Shown here one piece after another: positions 1-13,344 of a stretch of 64,000 nucleotides of DNA. Below the pieces are notes generated by a model, which worked only from the letters and a program-made list of their open reading frames with translations, was not told the DNA's origin and did no database searches. The stretch's first letter is position 1, and the number at the start of each line of letters is the position of its first letter. A program made the translations under genes and the position numbers. This stretch comes from Chiloscyllium plagiosum (taxonomy: Eukaryota): positions 69,133,850-69,197,849 of the forward strand of contig NC_057711.1 of assembly GCF_004010195.1 (NCBI RefSeq), in the 5' to 3' direction.

Positions 1-387
1 GGTTGGAGGAAGAGCGCCTCATCTTCCGCCTAGGAACCCTCCAACCACAAGGGATGAACTCGGATTTCACCAGTTTCCTCATTTCCCCTTCCCCCACCCT
101 GTCTCAGTCAAATCCATCAAATTCAGCACCGCCTTCCTAACCTGCAATCTTCTTCCCGACCTCTCCGCCCCCACCCCAGTCTGACCTATCACCCTCACCT
201 TGACCTCTTTCCACCTATCACATTTCTGACGCCCCTCCCCCAAGTCCCTCCTCCCTACCTTTTATCTTAGCCTGCTGGACAAACTTTCCTCATTCCTGAA
301 GAAGGGCTTATGCCCGAAACGTCGATTCTCCCGTTCCCTGGATGCTGCCTGACCTGCTGCGCTTTTCCAGCAACACATTTTCAGCAC
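1..387 (+). mobile_element. Penelope-like element 3' end (GIY-YIG tail plus pseudo-LTR), family A
   Basis: Starts with LEEERLIFRLGTLQPQGMNSDFTSF, a typical PLE endonuclease C-terminus. A C-rich tract and a hammerhead core at 296-323 follow; near-identical to 8757-9007. Confidence 0.8.
291..327 (+). ncRNA. Minimal hammerhead ribozyme motif (family A)
   Basis: CTGAAGA-A-GGGC-ttat-GCCC-GAAAC-GTC: intact CUGANGA and GAAA boxes, 4-bp stem II, GUC triplet; stem I is weak. Confidence 0.7.
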
Positions 388-1374
388 CAATCTAAATACC
401 CTGGCTGCCAGAGTAGGCATTAGGCTAAGGCAATTGGTGTAAGTCAATAAATTCTTGCCCTGCCAGTGAGGTACTCATCCCCTGAAGGAATAACAATAAA
501 TTCTGTAGGAAGTAACTGACCACCTGTTTCCATGTTGCCTGGCCACCATCGGCAAGGTACAGGCTCGGGAGTCTGATGGACTATTCTCCATTTGCCTAGA
601 TGAATACAGGGCCAGCAACACTCAAGCTCAACACTGCAGGACAAAAACAGTCTATTGCTTGACGTTCATCCATCCTCTTCAACGTTCGCTTCCTTCTCTG
701 AGGGCACCCATGTCCTACAAATGAATAAATATTTAAAATTTCATTTGTTACCCTACAAATATACGCAACTCAAAACCTTGGCTACTGTGAGTATTCAAAA
801 AATTCAAAAAGACATAATGAAGTGAATATAGATTGGTTCCAGTTCCATTATTCATCAGCTTTGTTTTGGGAATAGGAAATAAATTAATGCCCCCGTATCC
901 AACATCCCTTTCAATTCCCAAATTCATTTTTCCTGGATCTCCAGACCCAAACCCTTCCAACCAAAGTTCCACTCCTGCACAGAAACAAAATGACTTGAAA
1001 GAATATCTTTGACACCTTTGCTGTAGTATTCCTGCTCATTTCTGCCTGCAGTGTAAGAAACCACAGAATAACTATCCCATGATCTAACCACAGTTTCTCG
1101 TTGTTGTGATGTAGCCTAACTGAGGATTGGGAAGGTGGAAAACTGTGGAATAATAGTGATGCTAATTTTCAATCAATACCAACTCAGTCAGTGTTGTCCT
1201 GAATCAGCTAAAAGCGCTGGGTGTAGGCAAGGTTGTGAATGCTGGCAGCATCCTGATTGTGTCTGTCTGCAATGTAACAGAAAAAGTTATGCAGCAATTG
1301 TTCACCAATGTTCAATTTGGATAATCCAAGCGACCACCAGCTTTAGATCTCATTATAGCCTTGATCAAAACATG

Positions 1375-2110
1375 CAAGAAAGAGCTAAATTGCAAAGGAA
1401 ATGTGAAAGTTATTGCATTTAGGTCAGTGAAACAGAAAAGATTGCTGAAGACAAATGTAGCTCCCTTATAGTCAGAAATGGTGGTATATATAGTGGGGAA
1501 CAACGAAATGGCTGACCAACTAAATCCATACTTTGGATCTGTATTTATAAAGGAAGACACAAATAACATAAGAGTTGTTGGGGAACACAGGGTTTAGTGA
1601 GAGGGACGAACTGAAGGAAATCAGTAATAGTAAAGAAATAATGTTGGGGAATTTGATGGGTTGAAGACTGATAAATCCCAGGCCCTGGTGATCTGCACCC
1701 CAGAGTCCTTAAGGAAGTGACCCAAGAAATAGTGGATGCATTGGTGGTCACCTTCCAAGATACTATTTTCTACAATTTGGAGAGGAGCTAACGTGTCCTC
1801 TCTATTTAAAAACGGAGGCAGAGAGAAAACTGGGAATTATAGACCTGTCAGCCTGATGTCGGTAGGAGAGAAAATGCTAGAATCCATTCTAAATGAATGA
1901 ATAGCCAAGCATTTGGAAAACAGTGGCAGGATCAGACAGAGTCAGCATGAATTTGCAAAAACAGAAATCGTGCTTGACAAATCTACTGGAGTTCTTCAAT
2001 GATGCAACTAGTAGAGTTAATGAGGGGTAACAAGTGAATATGGTTTATTTAGACTTGTATAATGATGAAGTCCAACATAAGAGATTAGTGTGTAAAAGAA
2101 GACATATCAC
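1375..2110 (+). mobile_element. CR1 LINE ORF2 fragment (degenerate)
   Basis: DKSQGPGDLHPRVLKE, FKNGGREKTGNYRPVSL and SQH..KSCLTNLLEFF motifs, with stops and frameshifts. Confidence 0.85.
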
Positions 2111-2544
2111 AAGCACTGTTGTAGAAGGTTTCTTCTACAGATGAGATGGAAAAAAAAGAGAATGGAATACCATGCTTGCACGAAGTGTGGTGTAGGACAA
2201 TGTGGTCAAGGAAAATGTAAAAATCAGTGGGTTTTCGATGAATATCAGTTGGTTGCGTATCACTAGGAATGGATATGGAGATGTCAAAGAAAGGAAGTTA
2301 CTTGGACCATATGAAACTGAGTAAAGGCGAAAACTAGAAACAAATAGGAAATTTTTCCAATTCATTACAAGAGTAGGTCACTGCACCAGTGCAGTCATAG
2401 TTTTAAGATATGAGTTATAAGGGCTGTTTGAAGATTTGGGAATTGCTGAATCTGAAGCGAGCGCACAGAAGGAATGGACTACTATTTCAAGATCTTGGGG
2501 AAATAAATAAGTTGAATCCTGATATATTTGAAGTTGCCATTAAA

Positions 2545-3020
2545 GACCATAACATACAGGAGCAGAATTAGACGTGTCAAGTCTACTCCACCATTCAATC
2601 ATGATTGATATGTGTCTGAAGCCCATTCCCCTGAACTATCCCACTCTCCCCACCCTCCAACCAACCTCAGTAACCTTGGAACCCCTTACTAATCAAGAAC
2701 TCCTCTATCTCTGTCTTAAACGATTGGTCTCTACAGTCCTCTGTGGCAGTGAGTTCCACAGATTCACCGCTACGAATTCCCCTTCAGCCCACTTGTAAAG
2801 GATCATCCCTTCTCTGAGGCTGTGCCCTTGAGATCTAGTTTTTCTACAAGTGGAAACATCTTCTCCATGTCCTCTCTATCCAGGCCTCTCAGTATTCTAA
2901 GTTTAAACGAGATCTTCCTCATCCTCTAAACTCTATCAGGTACAGATCCAGAGTCCTCAAATGCTCTTCATATGACAAGCCCTTCATTCCCAGGATATTT
3001 CTTCCAAAATTCCTCTGAAA
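2545..3020 (-). mobile_element. CR1 LINE 3' end fragment
   Basis: Reverse complement of the CR1 3' end also seen at 13345-14250 and 40520-40850. Confidence 0.7.
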
Positions 3021-5184
3021 TTTGAGAACCATGAGATACCTAACTTAGAGGTGCACAGCTAATGTAGGTTTGAATAGTTTATATGCGGATTGCGAAGGCT
3101 GCTCATATGCATATTTTAGGAGAAAATGTGATCGGTAACCGGGGAAGTGATTATTGAAAGGGGGTAATTTCAGTAAACAGAATGTGTTTTCAGTTTGTAT
3201 ACTGCATAAAAGTACAATGCAATGTGAGGTGATCCAAAGAGTTTGTCATTATTTAGGCACTTAGCAACCTGGCAGATGTACTATTAAATGACATTTATGT
3301 TAAATGAAAAGTATTATCAATCATTGCTGAAAGTAATAAATGTGGTTACCTAGTGTTGACTGTGTCATTAAGTGCAGACGGAAAAAGGTTTGACTGTGCG
3401 AGTAGACCAGACATTGAAAGTGTTGTTGAATTGTATAGCAGCAGTTGCCAAAACAAACAGAACATTAGAGTATGAGTAGGTCCACTGACTGTCTGATCCA
3501 AGAAGCAGCAAATGTAAGGCAGTTTCTAGCTGAGTAATAAGGAATTAGTCTGTGCTTATTGTAGAAGAAAATGATCTGCAAAAAAGGCACATTATGAAAT
3601 ATTAGTACCCAAGATGCTGTTTATCACTCTGATTATCTGTTAACTCTCTTAACAGTTGGATTGAAAAGCTTAACAGCTTTTTTATTGTAATTGGTATTCT
3701 TTAGTTGTAGCTTTAATTTTACTGTCTGTATATTTGGGATTGGCCCTTGAGGTGGTGTTAGACTCCATGTTTTTCAAGTATGTCCATCATCTTCAGGTTC
3801 TCTCAAAATTGAGACTCCAATGCAAGATCAACAGGGATGCCAGCAGAACTAGCTGTTCAGATAGTCCTTGCGGGTGTTTGGAGGCTATTGTGTAGTTGTC
3901 CAGCTCTAGTTTATCTCTGGGCATATTGGATGTTGCAAGTTTGACATAGATGGTCCTCAAAACCACCTTAACCAAGTTTTAATGCTCGCCTCTATGTGGC
4001 CTGATCGGCTGCAGTATTTTAACATTAAACACTGGTTTGAAGTATAGAAGCTTAAAAGGCTCCTTATTAGGATAACCTTGGATCGTTGGTACTTGACATC
4101 TTTTGTTGTTAGTCCTGAGACAGTTCCCCATTTAAAATTAGTTTCATTAATTATCCATGGGGAAGGCATGTCTGGCCCATCTACAGTTGGATTTTCTGAA
4201 GGGAGGTGTTCATGTTGTTTAGCCCTGCACAATGAAGACCTCCGTGTTTGTGATTTTTTGCCTCAAGGTGGACTTTGGTATCTTTGGTCGAGGTTCCAAG
4301 GCACCTATAACAAACTGAAATTCTGTGCCAGAATAAGGACAGTGCCCGAGTAGGGTTTGATTTTAGTCCTCCGCTTAGTCCTCTGCTTAATATCATGCTT
4401 CTTCTGGAGATGATCATGCAGTCAGCTGTAAAATGTATGTACTGATATTTCCATCAACAGTAGCAATCCCAGAATGCACACTGTCAACGTATAATGTTTT
4501 TTCTACAAGCTTTGACACCAGTACCATTGTTGATTGATACATAATTTTGGTCATGGACGCATGAGTCTGAAGACAAAAGTTTTTGGCAGCACTCAAGATG
4601 TGTGTTGCTATGATCTGGATGATTACAGATTACTACCACTGTGACTTTGTGGATGAATACAGTCAGATTGAAGAGTTTTGCTGAACTGAACTTAACGTTG
4701 ATACCCACAGACATTCTGTGTTGGTTTCCTAAAGCCTTTAGTGAAAAGAAGGTTGAAGATTTGAGAAGCCGTGATGCACCCTTGCTGTACACCACGAGTA
4801 TCACAAGAACATAGACATCTTGCCCACAGACGTGAATTTGTTGTGCCTTAATGTGCACGACTTTGGTAAATTTGTCAGACAGCCTTATCTTGGCATGTTC
4901 CTTAGGCCAGGTTGGCACTCATTATCAAAGATTTTGTTAGGTTTGTGAACTATGCATAAGGATCTTAATGTTGAGAAAGTGAAAGTGTTTCAAGTTTCAG
5001 AATGTGTCATAAATATGTAGAAGTTTTATTATTAGGAAGAGAAAGTGGGATCTGGTATTCCATGTAACAGTGCCTCCTCCAAGATATTCCCAAATGCCAG
5101 GCTTCCCACAGGCTGTGGACCCAGCTTTCGACTGTCATCCTCATAAACTCCCGAATCTGCAGCCAAACTCCAGGCCAACTCCAT

Positions 5185-5645
5185 CTCCAAGATGGCTCCC
5201 GGAACCACCGCTGTAAGTGGGATCTCCAACAGCAAGCAGACAGGATCTAGGAAAGGGGTAGAGTGCTTAGCTACATGGTGTCAAAATAATAATCTCTGCA
5301 TCAACATCATCAAAGCGAAGGAGCTGTTCACTGACTTCAGGAAGTTGGGCCGGAGGACACAATCCTGTCTGCAACAACGGAGCTGAGGTAGAGAGAGTCA
5401 AGGGCGTCAAAACCCTGGGAGTGACGATCACCCACAAATGCCCTGGGCCACCCACATCGATGTGATCGGCAAGATCAACATCCAGAGGAGGCTAAGGAAA
5501 TTCACTACAATGACTCCTCCAGTTTTATAGGTGCACCACAGAAAGCGTCTTGTCAGGGTGTGTCACAACCTGGTCTGGCAACTGCTCTCCCCAAGACAGC
5601 AAGACACTGCAGAAAGTTGTAAACGCAGGCCAGTCAGTCACACAA
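5185..5645 (+). mobile_element. Rex1/Babar-like LINE RT C-terminal fragment
   Basis: TTAVSGISN...LATWCQNNNLCINIIKAKELFTDFRK-type motifs; degenerate. Confidence 0.6.
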
Positions 5646-5654
5646 ACCATGGTG

Positions 5655-6180
5655 TATTTGGGGTGGCTCAGTGGTTAGCACTTCTGTCTCACGGTGCCAA
5701 GGACACGGGTTTGATTCCAGCCTCGGTGACTGTCTGTGTGGAGTTTGCACATTCTCCCTGTGTCCACGGGGTTTCTTCCCACAGTCCAAGGGTGTGTAGG
5801 TTAGGGTGGATTGGCCATGCTAAATTGCACGGATGTGTAGTTTAGGGTGGATTGGCCATGCTATGTGCCCCATAGTGTTCACAGATGTGTAGGTTAGGGG
5901 TGGATTGGCCATGTTAAATTGCCCATAGTGTCCAGGGGTGTGTAGATTAGGGTGTGCTCAATTGCCCATAGTGTCCAGGGATGTGTAGGTTAGGGTGCTT
6001 TGGTCATTCAAAATTGCCCCATAGTGTTTAAGGATGTGTAGGTTAGGTGCATTAGTAAGGGGTAAATGTCGAGTAATCAGGTGGGGAAATGGGTCTGGGT
6101 GTGTTATTCTTTGGCAGATTGGTGTGGACTTGTTGGGCCGAAGGGCCTGTTTCCACACTGTAAGGAATCTATGTTTCTAT
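5655..6180 (+). mobile_element. HE1-type tRNA-derived SINE with internal tandem expansion
   Basis: tRNA-like head (gtggctcagtggttagca...gggtttgattcc), about six repeats of an internal unit, and tail gggccgaagggcctgtttccacactgta. Confidence 0.85.
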
Positions 6181-8190
6181 CTATTAAAATGAATGAAATT
6201 TTATTTTGGCTAATTGTGTAGACTTTTGACAGAATATTAGTTCTTACAGCACAGAATAAGACAGTTCAGCCCACCATGTATGCTGACCTCCAAAGAAACA
6301 GTGCACTTAGCATCCTTCACTCAACTTCACCCTGAAACCTGCACTTATTCTTTTTCAGTTAACAAGTCTATTTCAATTTTGAATGGTTCAATAGTACCCA
6401 CCTCCACCAGGTTTTTAGACAGTGTATGCAGACCATTTTAAAGCTTTGTCAATATCACTTTTGCTCCTTTTGCTAATTACTTTAAATCTGTACCTCCTCA
6501 TTCTTGATTATTTCATGAATGGGCACATTTCTCTTTATCTATTTTGTCCAGAACTCTTATGACTTTGCAGGCCTGCACCAAATCTCCCCTCAGCCTTATT
6601 TCTCCAAGGAAAGCGGCTCTGATTTTTTCCAGTCTCGCATCTTAAAAGAAATTCTTCGTTCCTGGACCATTATTGTAGAATCGTAAAGTATGAGTCATAA
6701 ATCTAAAATGTTCTCTCAATCTGTAACACTGTCCAGCAATACTACAAGCTAGGTTTTAGTATATTAAGTTAAGAAATTTGAATAATATTGTTGCAAAATT
6801 GTTCTATTTATTTTTGAAAGGTCTCCATCCAAAAATCATATTTTATTTTCTATATTTGTCCAAATAATGAATTCATGAACAATTGCTCAAAATTCCTGAA
6901 CTTCAGCAATGATGGTGAAATAAATTTTGTATTCAAGGCTTTTACTTTTACGAACAGCTTAAGAGGGGAAATGTGAATCTTATATGGTCACCAGCATGGG
7001 GCCAATGAGGGATTCAAAACTGTGTGTTACGAGCAAAAAAAGTGCCTTAAAACAACAGCAACCAAAACAAAGAATAGTAGTGCAAAAAGAGAATCAAGAC
7101 TTTGATATTGAAACAAAAAATCAAATTTGGAATCATAACACTGAATAAAAGGAGAAAACAGGAAAAAATTATAAAATCAGCGGTACAAAAGGAGGAGCAC
7201 TCTAATTTTGTAACACTCCTGTTTTCAACTGTAGTGTGTAGAGGATGTATGTTCTGTTGCAGTTTGAAATTAGCTGCTCAAATTGTGCTAAATTATTCAA
7301 CATTACAGCAGTGCAGCGATTTCCTAGTTGTATTGCATTTCAGTATTCAATGCTAGATTCTGTCTAAGTTTACTGATTGCGTCTCTATCAAGAAGCATTC
7401 TACATATAGATCAAAGCCATTGCCAGTGAATCATGTCAAGTCTGACATTTTGATCTGCAAAACACAGGCCAGTTAATGCACCTTTGACTTATTTCTTTGT
7501 CTCAGGTTATGAGGTTGCAAAGGACTGTTTCTTCAGTTGTTGCCACATGAATCTATCAATACTAAATCAGACCATCAAGGTTGATAAATATTGAGAATTT
7601 GAGAGCTGTACAGTTAGTAGAAAGTTTGTTTTAAAGTGCAGGTGTTTAGATTATCCTGATATATTATCTTTCTCTGTCCCTCTTATATACATATATATAT
7701 GTATGTATATCTTTCTCTTAAGTTTAGGACACCTTAAATGCTGGAACCTGAACAGACTGATATTTAGAAGTGTAGACAGTAAGGCTGACACATGATGAAT
7801 CATGGTTCAATCCTTGGTATAGTAACCAGGCTAGTTAACTAGTTGTTTAAACAGCACAATATTTTGCATTATTGGCTGATTACATTTACTGATTCCTTCA
7901 AACGAGACATCCCTGGTATGATTATGACCTGGTTGTGGCAGTCTGGGTGAGGCCTATAGACAGTAGTACACATTTAACATGCAGAGTGTAATACACCTGA
8001 AATGCCCACACCCAGCGAAACCTATCATATTATTCACGTCTTGATTATTTAAAGGGAGCATTCCAGGACAGAGATTTTAAAAAAGGATTGATATTTACAT
8101 TGCATTTTCACATCTTTTGGGGCTTCCTGAAGGACTTCACAGCCAATAAGTTATTTCTGAAGTGCAGTCACTTGTAGATAGTTACAGTTG

Positions 8191-9007
8191 AAAATGTGTT
8201 GCTGGAAAAGCGCAGCAAGTCAGGCAGCATCCAAGGAGCAGGAGAATTGATGTTTCGGGCATGAGCCCTTCTTCAGGAATGAGGAAAGTGTGCCAAGCAG
8301 GCTAAGATAAAAGGTAGGGAGGAGGGACTTGGGGGAGGGGCGTTGGAAATGTGATAGGTGGAAGGAGGTTAAGGTGAGGGTGATNNNNNNNNNNNNNNNN
8401 NNNNNNNNNNNNNNNNNNNNNNNNNNNNNNNNNNNNNNNNNNNNNNNNNNNNNNNNNNNNNNNNNNNNNNNNNNNNNNNNNNNNNNNNNNNNNNNNNNNN
8501 NNNNNNNNNNNNNNNNNNNNNNNNNNNNNNNNNNNNNNNNNNNNNNNNNNNNNNNNNNNNNNNNNNNNNNNNNNNNNNNNNNNNNNNNNNNNNNNNNNNN
8601 NNNNNNNNNNNNNNNNNNNNNNNNNNNNNNNNNNNNNNNNNNNNNNNNNNNNNNNNNNNNNNNNNNNNNNNNNNNNNNNNNNNNNNNNNNNNNNNNNNNN
8701 NNNNNNNNNNNNNNNNNNNNNNNNNNNNNNNNNNNNNNNNNNNNNNNNNNNNNNNNCCCCCCCCCCCACTCTGGCCTATGACCCTCACCTTAACCTCCTT
8801 CCACCTATCGCATTTCCAACGCCCCTCCCCCAAGTCCCTCCTCCCTACCTTTTATCTTAGTCTGTTTAGCACACTTTTCTCATTCCTGAAGAAGGGCTCA
8901 TGCCCGAATCGTCGATTCTCCTGCTCCTTGGATGCTACCTGACCTGCGCTTTTCCAGCAACATATTTTCAGCTCTAATCTCCAGCATCTGCAGTTCTCAC
9001 TTTCTCC
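8191..9007. mobile_element. Penelope family A insertion with inverted pseudo-LTRs
   Basis: 8191-8384 is the reverse complement of about 8778-8970. Flanked by the 16-bp direct repeat TAGATAGTTACAGTTG (8175-8190, 9008-9023). Confidence 0.85.
8385..8756. other. Assembly gap (372 N)
   Basis: Run of N. Confidence 1.
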
Positions 9008-11325
9008 TAGATAGTTACAGTTGTCAACTTGTGCAGAGCAAGATCCGATGAATAACAATAAATAAAAAGTTAATGAACTACGGTATACAGCATATTGGGT
9101 TACACACCGCAGCTAAAATGTTGAGGAAGAGAGACTAAATGGAACATGGACTCCCTTGCAGCCATTTAGGAAGTAGGATTTCTGCCCCTCTCAAACTTGA
9201 GGGGCAGAACGCTGTCTGCCAATCAGTGCAGCAGCGCTCTAGTGGTGAGAGGTTTCATGGGATAGAGTTTGAGAGGAAGGGCAAACTGGAGCAGGTAAAA
9301 TCTTTGGGAGGTCTCTGATAGACACAATTGGCCTGTTAGAGAGGACCACTCCTCATAGCCATTACCAGCCTATGCTGGCAAATCTGCTGGACTTTATGCG
9401 GACCCCTTGCACTGCCAGTTAAATGTCAGGGATGGATGAAGCAATCAAGTAGACATTAATTGGACTTTTGCAACTGGAGAGTGGAATACTAAAGGCCTCC
9501 AATTATAGCAGTGTCAGGGTTTAGTGGGGACTGGGGCAGAGGAGTTTGTAGTGAAGAGCCTACTCACTGGACCTATGTGTCATCCTCTGCCTACAAAAGG
9601 TTATTGAGTAATGACCTCAACAGAAGGTTATTAATGCAACCCACATAAATTTGGTGGGTTTGCCAATAACTTTATGAGCACTTCCTGCGCTTTGAAATGC
9701 GCCACAAATCCTTCCTCCTCAGCCGTGGATGGGGACATAGTTTCAGCATTTGCAAGATGCAGCATTTTTTGTTTCAGCCTGGATCAAGCTGTGGCATGAG
9801 TTTTGATCTCATAACTATCTGACTCCTAAACAGGTTGACACTTGAAGATCATGGTAAATGTGCAGTATTGGAAAACCTACTGCCTTGCAACATTTCAACT
9901 GTCTAATCTTTGACCTGTGTTTCTCCAGAACATATTTGCAGCAACTGATCTACTCAGGCACACCCTCACCTCTACTTTTTATGTCCTGGTTCCCCAGTAA
10001 GATCATTACTCTATTTCATACCAGCCATTGTTCAGGTATCACCCTCATCTCCCTTAAATTGAAGGGATGCAGATCTGAACAGTTAGGACAGACTCTTTAC
10101 TTAACAATTCAATGCCAGGTCAGGCCTGACCATATAAAGACCCTGCATTTTTCAGCAATGAAGAGCCCCTGAATTATGATGAAGTTGCTAAAAGGCCCAA
10201 GAATAAGACAACCATCCCCACACACATCTGAGGGTCACAGGAGCAGGTTCGTGGGCAGTTCCTGTCTGGAATCAGAAGTGGACAGAGTAGACCAGATTGA
10301 AATGGGTCAGTGTTCCAGTGAATTTGATCTGCACACTTAGGTTGTGAGGCAAGGTTCCCATGGCAAAATGAATGCAGGGCACAGAATTTAGGATGGGAAC
10401 GTGGCCAGATATCCTTTTATTTTTGCAAAAGGTAGGCTAAAATGTGTTTAGTGCAGAAATCCATTGAACCTGTCAAGTGGTCAAAGAACATAGAAAGCAA
10501 GTGTTTCTCTCTGTTGGAAGTTAATTGAAATAATTAAATTAATGTGTGGGATGTTTGTTTTCTCAGACTTTTATTTTAAAAACTGACATTGTCATTGGAA
10601 GCATTATTTTACGTCAATGTGTTTTTTGAGGTTTGCCCATGGTGTTTACTAGGTGAGTTGGCATGGAAGGAAAGGGCAAAGGATTGTGGGTGGTAGACAC
10701 TCATTGGCATGAGTTAGCACGAAGTGGGCATAGGGACTATAAAGGGTGGAGTGGTGGGTACAGAAGAAAAGGGCAGCATGGAGGTTATGCAGGGCCATGG
10801 CAGAGGGGTGTAGGTTGAGGGGCGTAATGAGGTGAGAATGTGAGGGGAGAGTGCTGGAGGTATATTTTTGATTTTTTAAAATTAAACTGCTGTACAGTGC
10901 CGGCGCAGAAAGGATAGCCTTTCACTTGTCCACATCCAACAGTTTCTGCTGTCATTCAGGAGCTGCTCCGCAGTACTCTTTCGTAGACAGGCAGGAGGCT
11001 GGAAGAACACAGCAAGCCAGGCAGCATCTCTTTTACAGGGTACCCACCACCCCAGAATGAAAATCTCATTTCAAATAAAAACAGAAAATACTGTGAAAAT
11101 CAGCAGGCCTGATGGCCATCTGTGGAGAAAGAAACAAAGTTATTGTTTCAACTCCAATGTGACTCTGCTTCAGCATATCTAACCTTCCTCTTTTGGGAGT
11201 TACTTTGGCAATTCCTGGCTGCTTTTATGTAATGTCAACCATCTTCATAAATATGTCTTTCTCTCACTTGCTGCCAACAAGAAGCCCTTAGGTTTCCTTG
11301 TCACCAAGATTGATACCACCTAAAT

Positions 11326-11372
11326 CTCTCTCTTCTCTCTCTCTCTCTTCCCCCCCCCCCCCCAACCAAATG

Positions 11373-11411
<39 letters not shown>
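11326..11411. repeat. (CT)n microsatellite with poly-C
   Basis: Directly visible simple repeat. Confidence 0.95.
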
Positions 11412-11414
<3 letters not shown>

Positions 11415-12019
11415 CTTCCCTCTCAGTCCTGTCTCACACCACATGGATAATTAAGTAATCTGACATTTCCTGCAGTGTTGAAGGCGCAGGTGTATTCTTG
11501 AATTATAATGCTAGGCAAATATAGTTTTAGTCAGAGCCACAAGTGCTGTCTGCGGTATGGTCTCAGAGCTGTCACTTACTAATTTTAGATGCTATTTTAA
11601 TAAACAACACCACCTTTGTTTAGTAATAGTCCCCATCCATCAATCCCTTCCTCCACCTGGATAAATGTGTTCTCAGTGAACAGTTTCTCCTTTTACTTGT
11701 CTCGCTCATTCAAGTAAAAGTTGTGGCTACAAGTCACTGCATGGGCCCCAGTGATGCCTGTGTTTTTGTGGGGTATGTGGAACATTCCTTGTTGAAGTCC
11801 TACTCCGATCCTTCTCTGTGTTTCCATTGCATAGATTCCTGTAACAGTGCTGCTCCTCGCTGTGGTCTGAAATGGGTAACATTCATCAATTTTGCTTCCA
11901 GTTTCCACCCATCTCTCACTTCTACCTGGTCCAGCTCTGATCATCCATTCCTCCATTTCTCTGTCTTCTTTTCTGTCTCCTAGTGTGTTAAAAATCCACC
12001 AACTCCCACATCTGCACTT

Positions 12020-12372
12020 AGAGTCATAGAGATGTACAGCGTGGAAACAGACCCTTCGATCCAACTCGTCCATTAATCTAGTCCCATTTGCCAGCATTGA
12101 GCCCATGTTCCTCTAAACCCTTCCTATTCATATACTCATCCAAATGCCCTTTAAATGCTGTAATTATACCAGCTTCCACCACTTCCTCTGGCAGCTCATT
12201 CCATACACGCAATACCCTCTTCGTGGAAAAGTTGCCCCTTAGGTCCCTTTGAAATCTTTTCCCTCTCACCTTAAACTTATGCCCTTTAGTTTCGGACTCA
12301 CCCACCCCGCTGGAAAGACCTTGGCTATCCATCCTGTCCATGTCCCTCATGATTTTATAAACCTCTGCAAGA
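12020..12372 (-). mobile_element. CR1 LINE 3' end
   Basis: AEVYKIMRDMDR...GHKFKVRGKRFQRDLRGNFSTKRVLRVWNELPEEVVEAG in ORF 12078..12467, followed by the 3' tail. Confidence 0.9.
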
Positions 12373-12574
12373 CCATTTCCTTGAGCTCCCCTTCTTGTAA
12401 GGACTTCAGTCTGTTCTCCCAGTTTCTCCACATCCATTGCATCTGTTCCAATTATGTTCTTGTCCATAATGTTGTTTCTGACATCTCATTCTGTTTCTTC
12501 AACTGAGGATGTCTCCCCTATAGAAGGTGACAGAAGCCTCACCTAGGTCTGGCCTATATGCCAAGTTTGGGCTG

Positions 12575-13090
12575 ACTGTTGGCAAATAGCATTCGCATCA
12601 GAAAAGTTCCAGGCAGTTCCGACAAGAAAGAATACTATCACTGACTTGTCCACTGTACTCCACTATCAACATCCTGGATATTACCATTGAGCAGAAACTG
12701 AACTGGACTAGCCGTAGAAATACTGTGGTTACAAGAGCAGGCCAGAGGCTACTGATGCTCAGTAGCTGCTGGACGTACCAGAGGCACTGCAGGGATTCTC
12801 CAAAGTGCCTTCCAAATCTGTGACATGACCATCTATGAGGACAAGGACAGCTAATACATTAGAACACTACCACCTGAGAGTTCCCCTCCAAGTCACCGTT
12901 ATGACTTGAAAGTATATCACACTTCCTTCAGAGTTGTTGGGTCAGAATCCTGAAATTAATGGCATTGTGGGTGTACCTGCACCAAATAGGTTGAGGCAGT
13001 TCAAGAAGGCAGCTCAGCACCACAATCTTCTCAAAGCTTTGGGCAATAAATGCTACTAAACCAACAACACCGACATCTCACAACTGAATA
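12575..13090 (+). mobile_element. L2/CR1-group LINE 3' fragment
   Basis: catcctggatattaccattgagcagaaactgaactggactagcc...gcagttcaagaaggcagctcagcac...gggcaataaatgct; the same tail occurs reversed near 16610-16990, 31530-31750 and 45510-45710. Confidence 0.65.
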
Positions 13091-13344
13091 AACAAAACAA
13101 AAAAACTGCATTTTACAATGATCCCTTACTTCTATATCGTATCTCCTCTTCTCTTCTCTGCAACCATGAACCCTCTCATTGCCTTCTGTTCTACAACATC
13201 TTTGATCTCTAATCTTCCTCACTCTGTAGTCTTTACATGACCTTCCCTTCAGGCCCACTTGCTCCTCCTGTATTTTCCAATACTATAAAATCTACATTTC
13301 TAGCTCTCTTCAGTTCTGAAGAAGTATCACATTGGATTCATATA

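Noticed and set aside
5785..6050. CRISPR-like repeat array
   Set aside because: Eukaryotic context, no unique spacers, and the units are internal SINE sequence.
7500..7580. Possible upstream SRFBP1 exon after ttctttgtctcag
   Set aside because: No frame resembles the SRFBP1 N-terminus and there is no convincing donor. I found no earlier SRFBP1 exons in 1-22047.
8302..8833. 150-aa ORFs on both strands
   Set aside because: Artefacts of the N gap and the inverted repeat.
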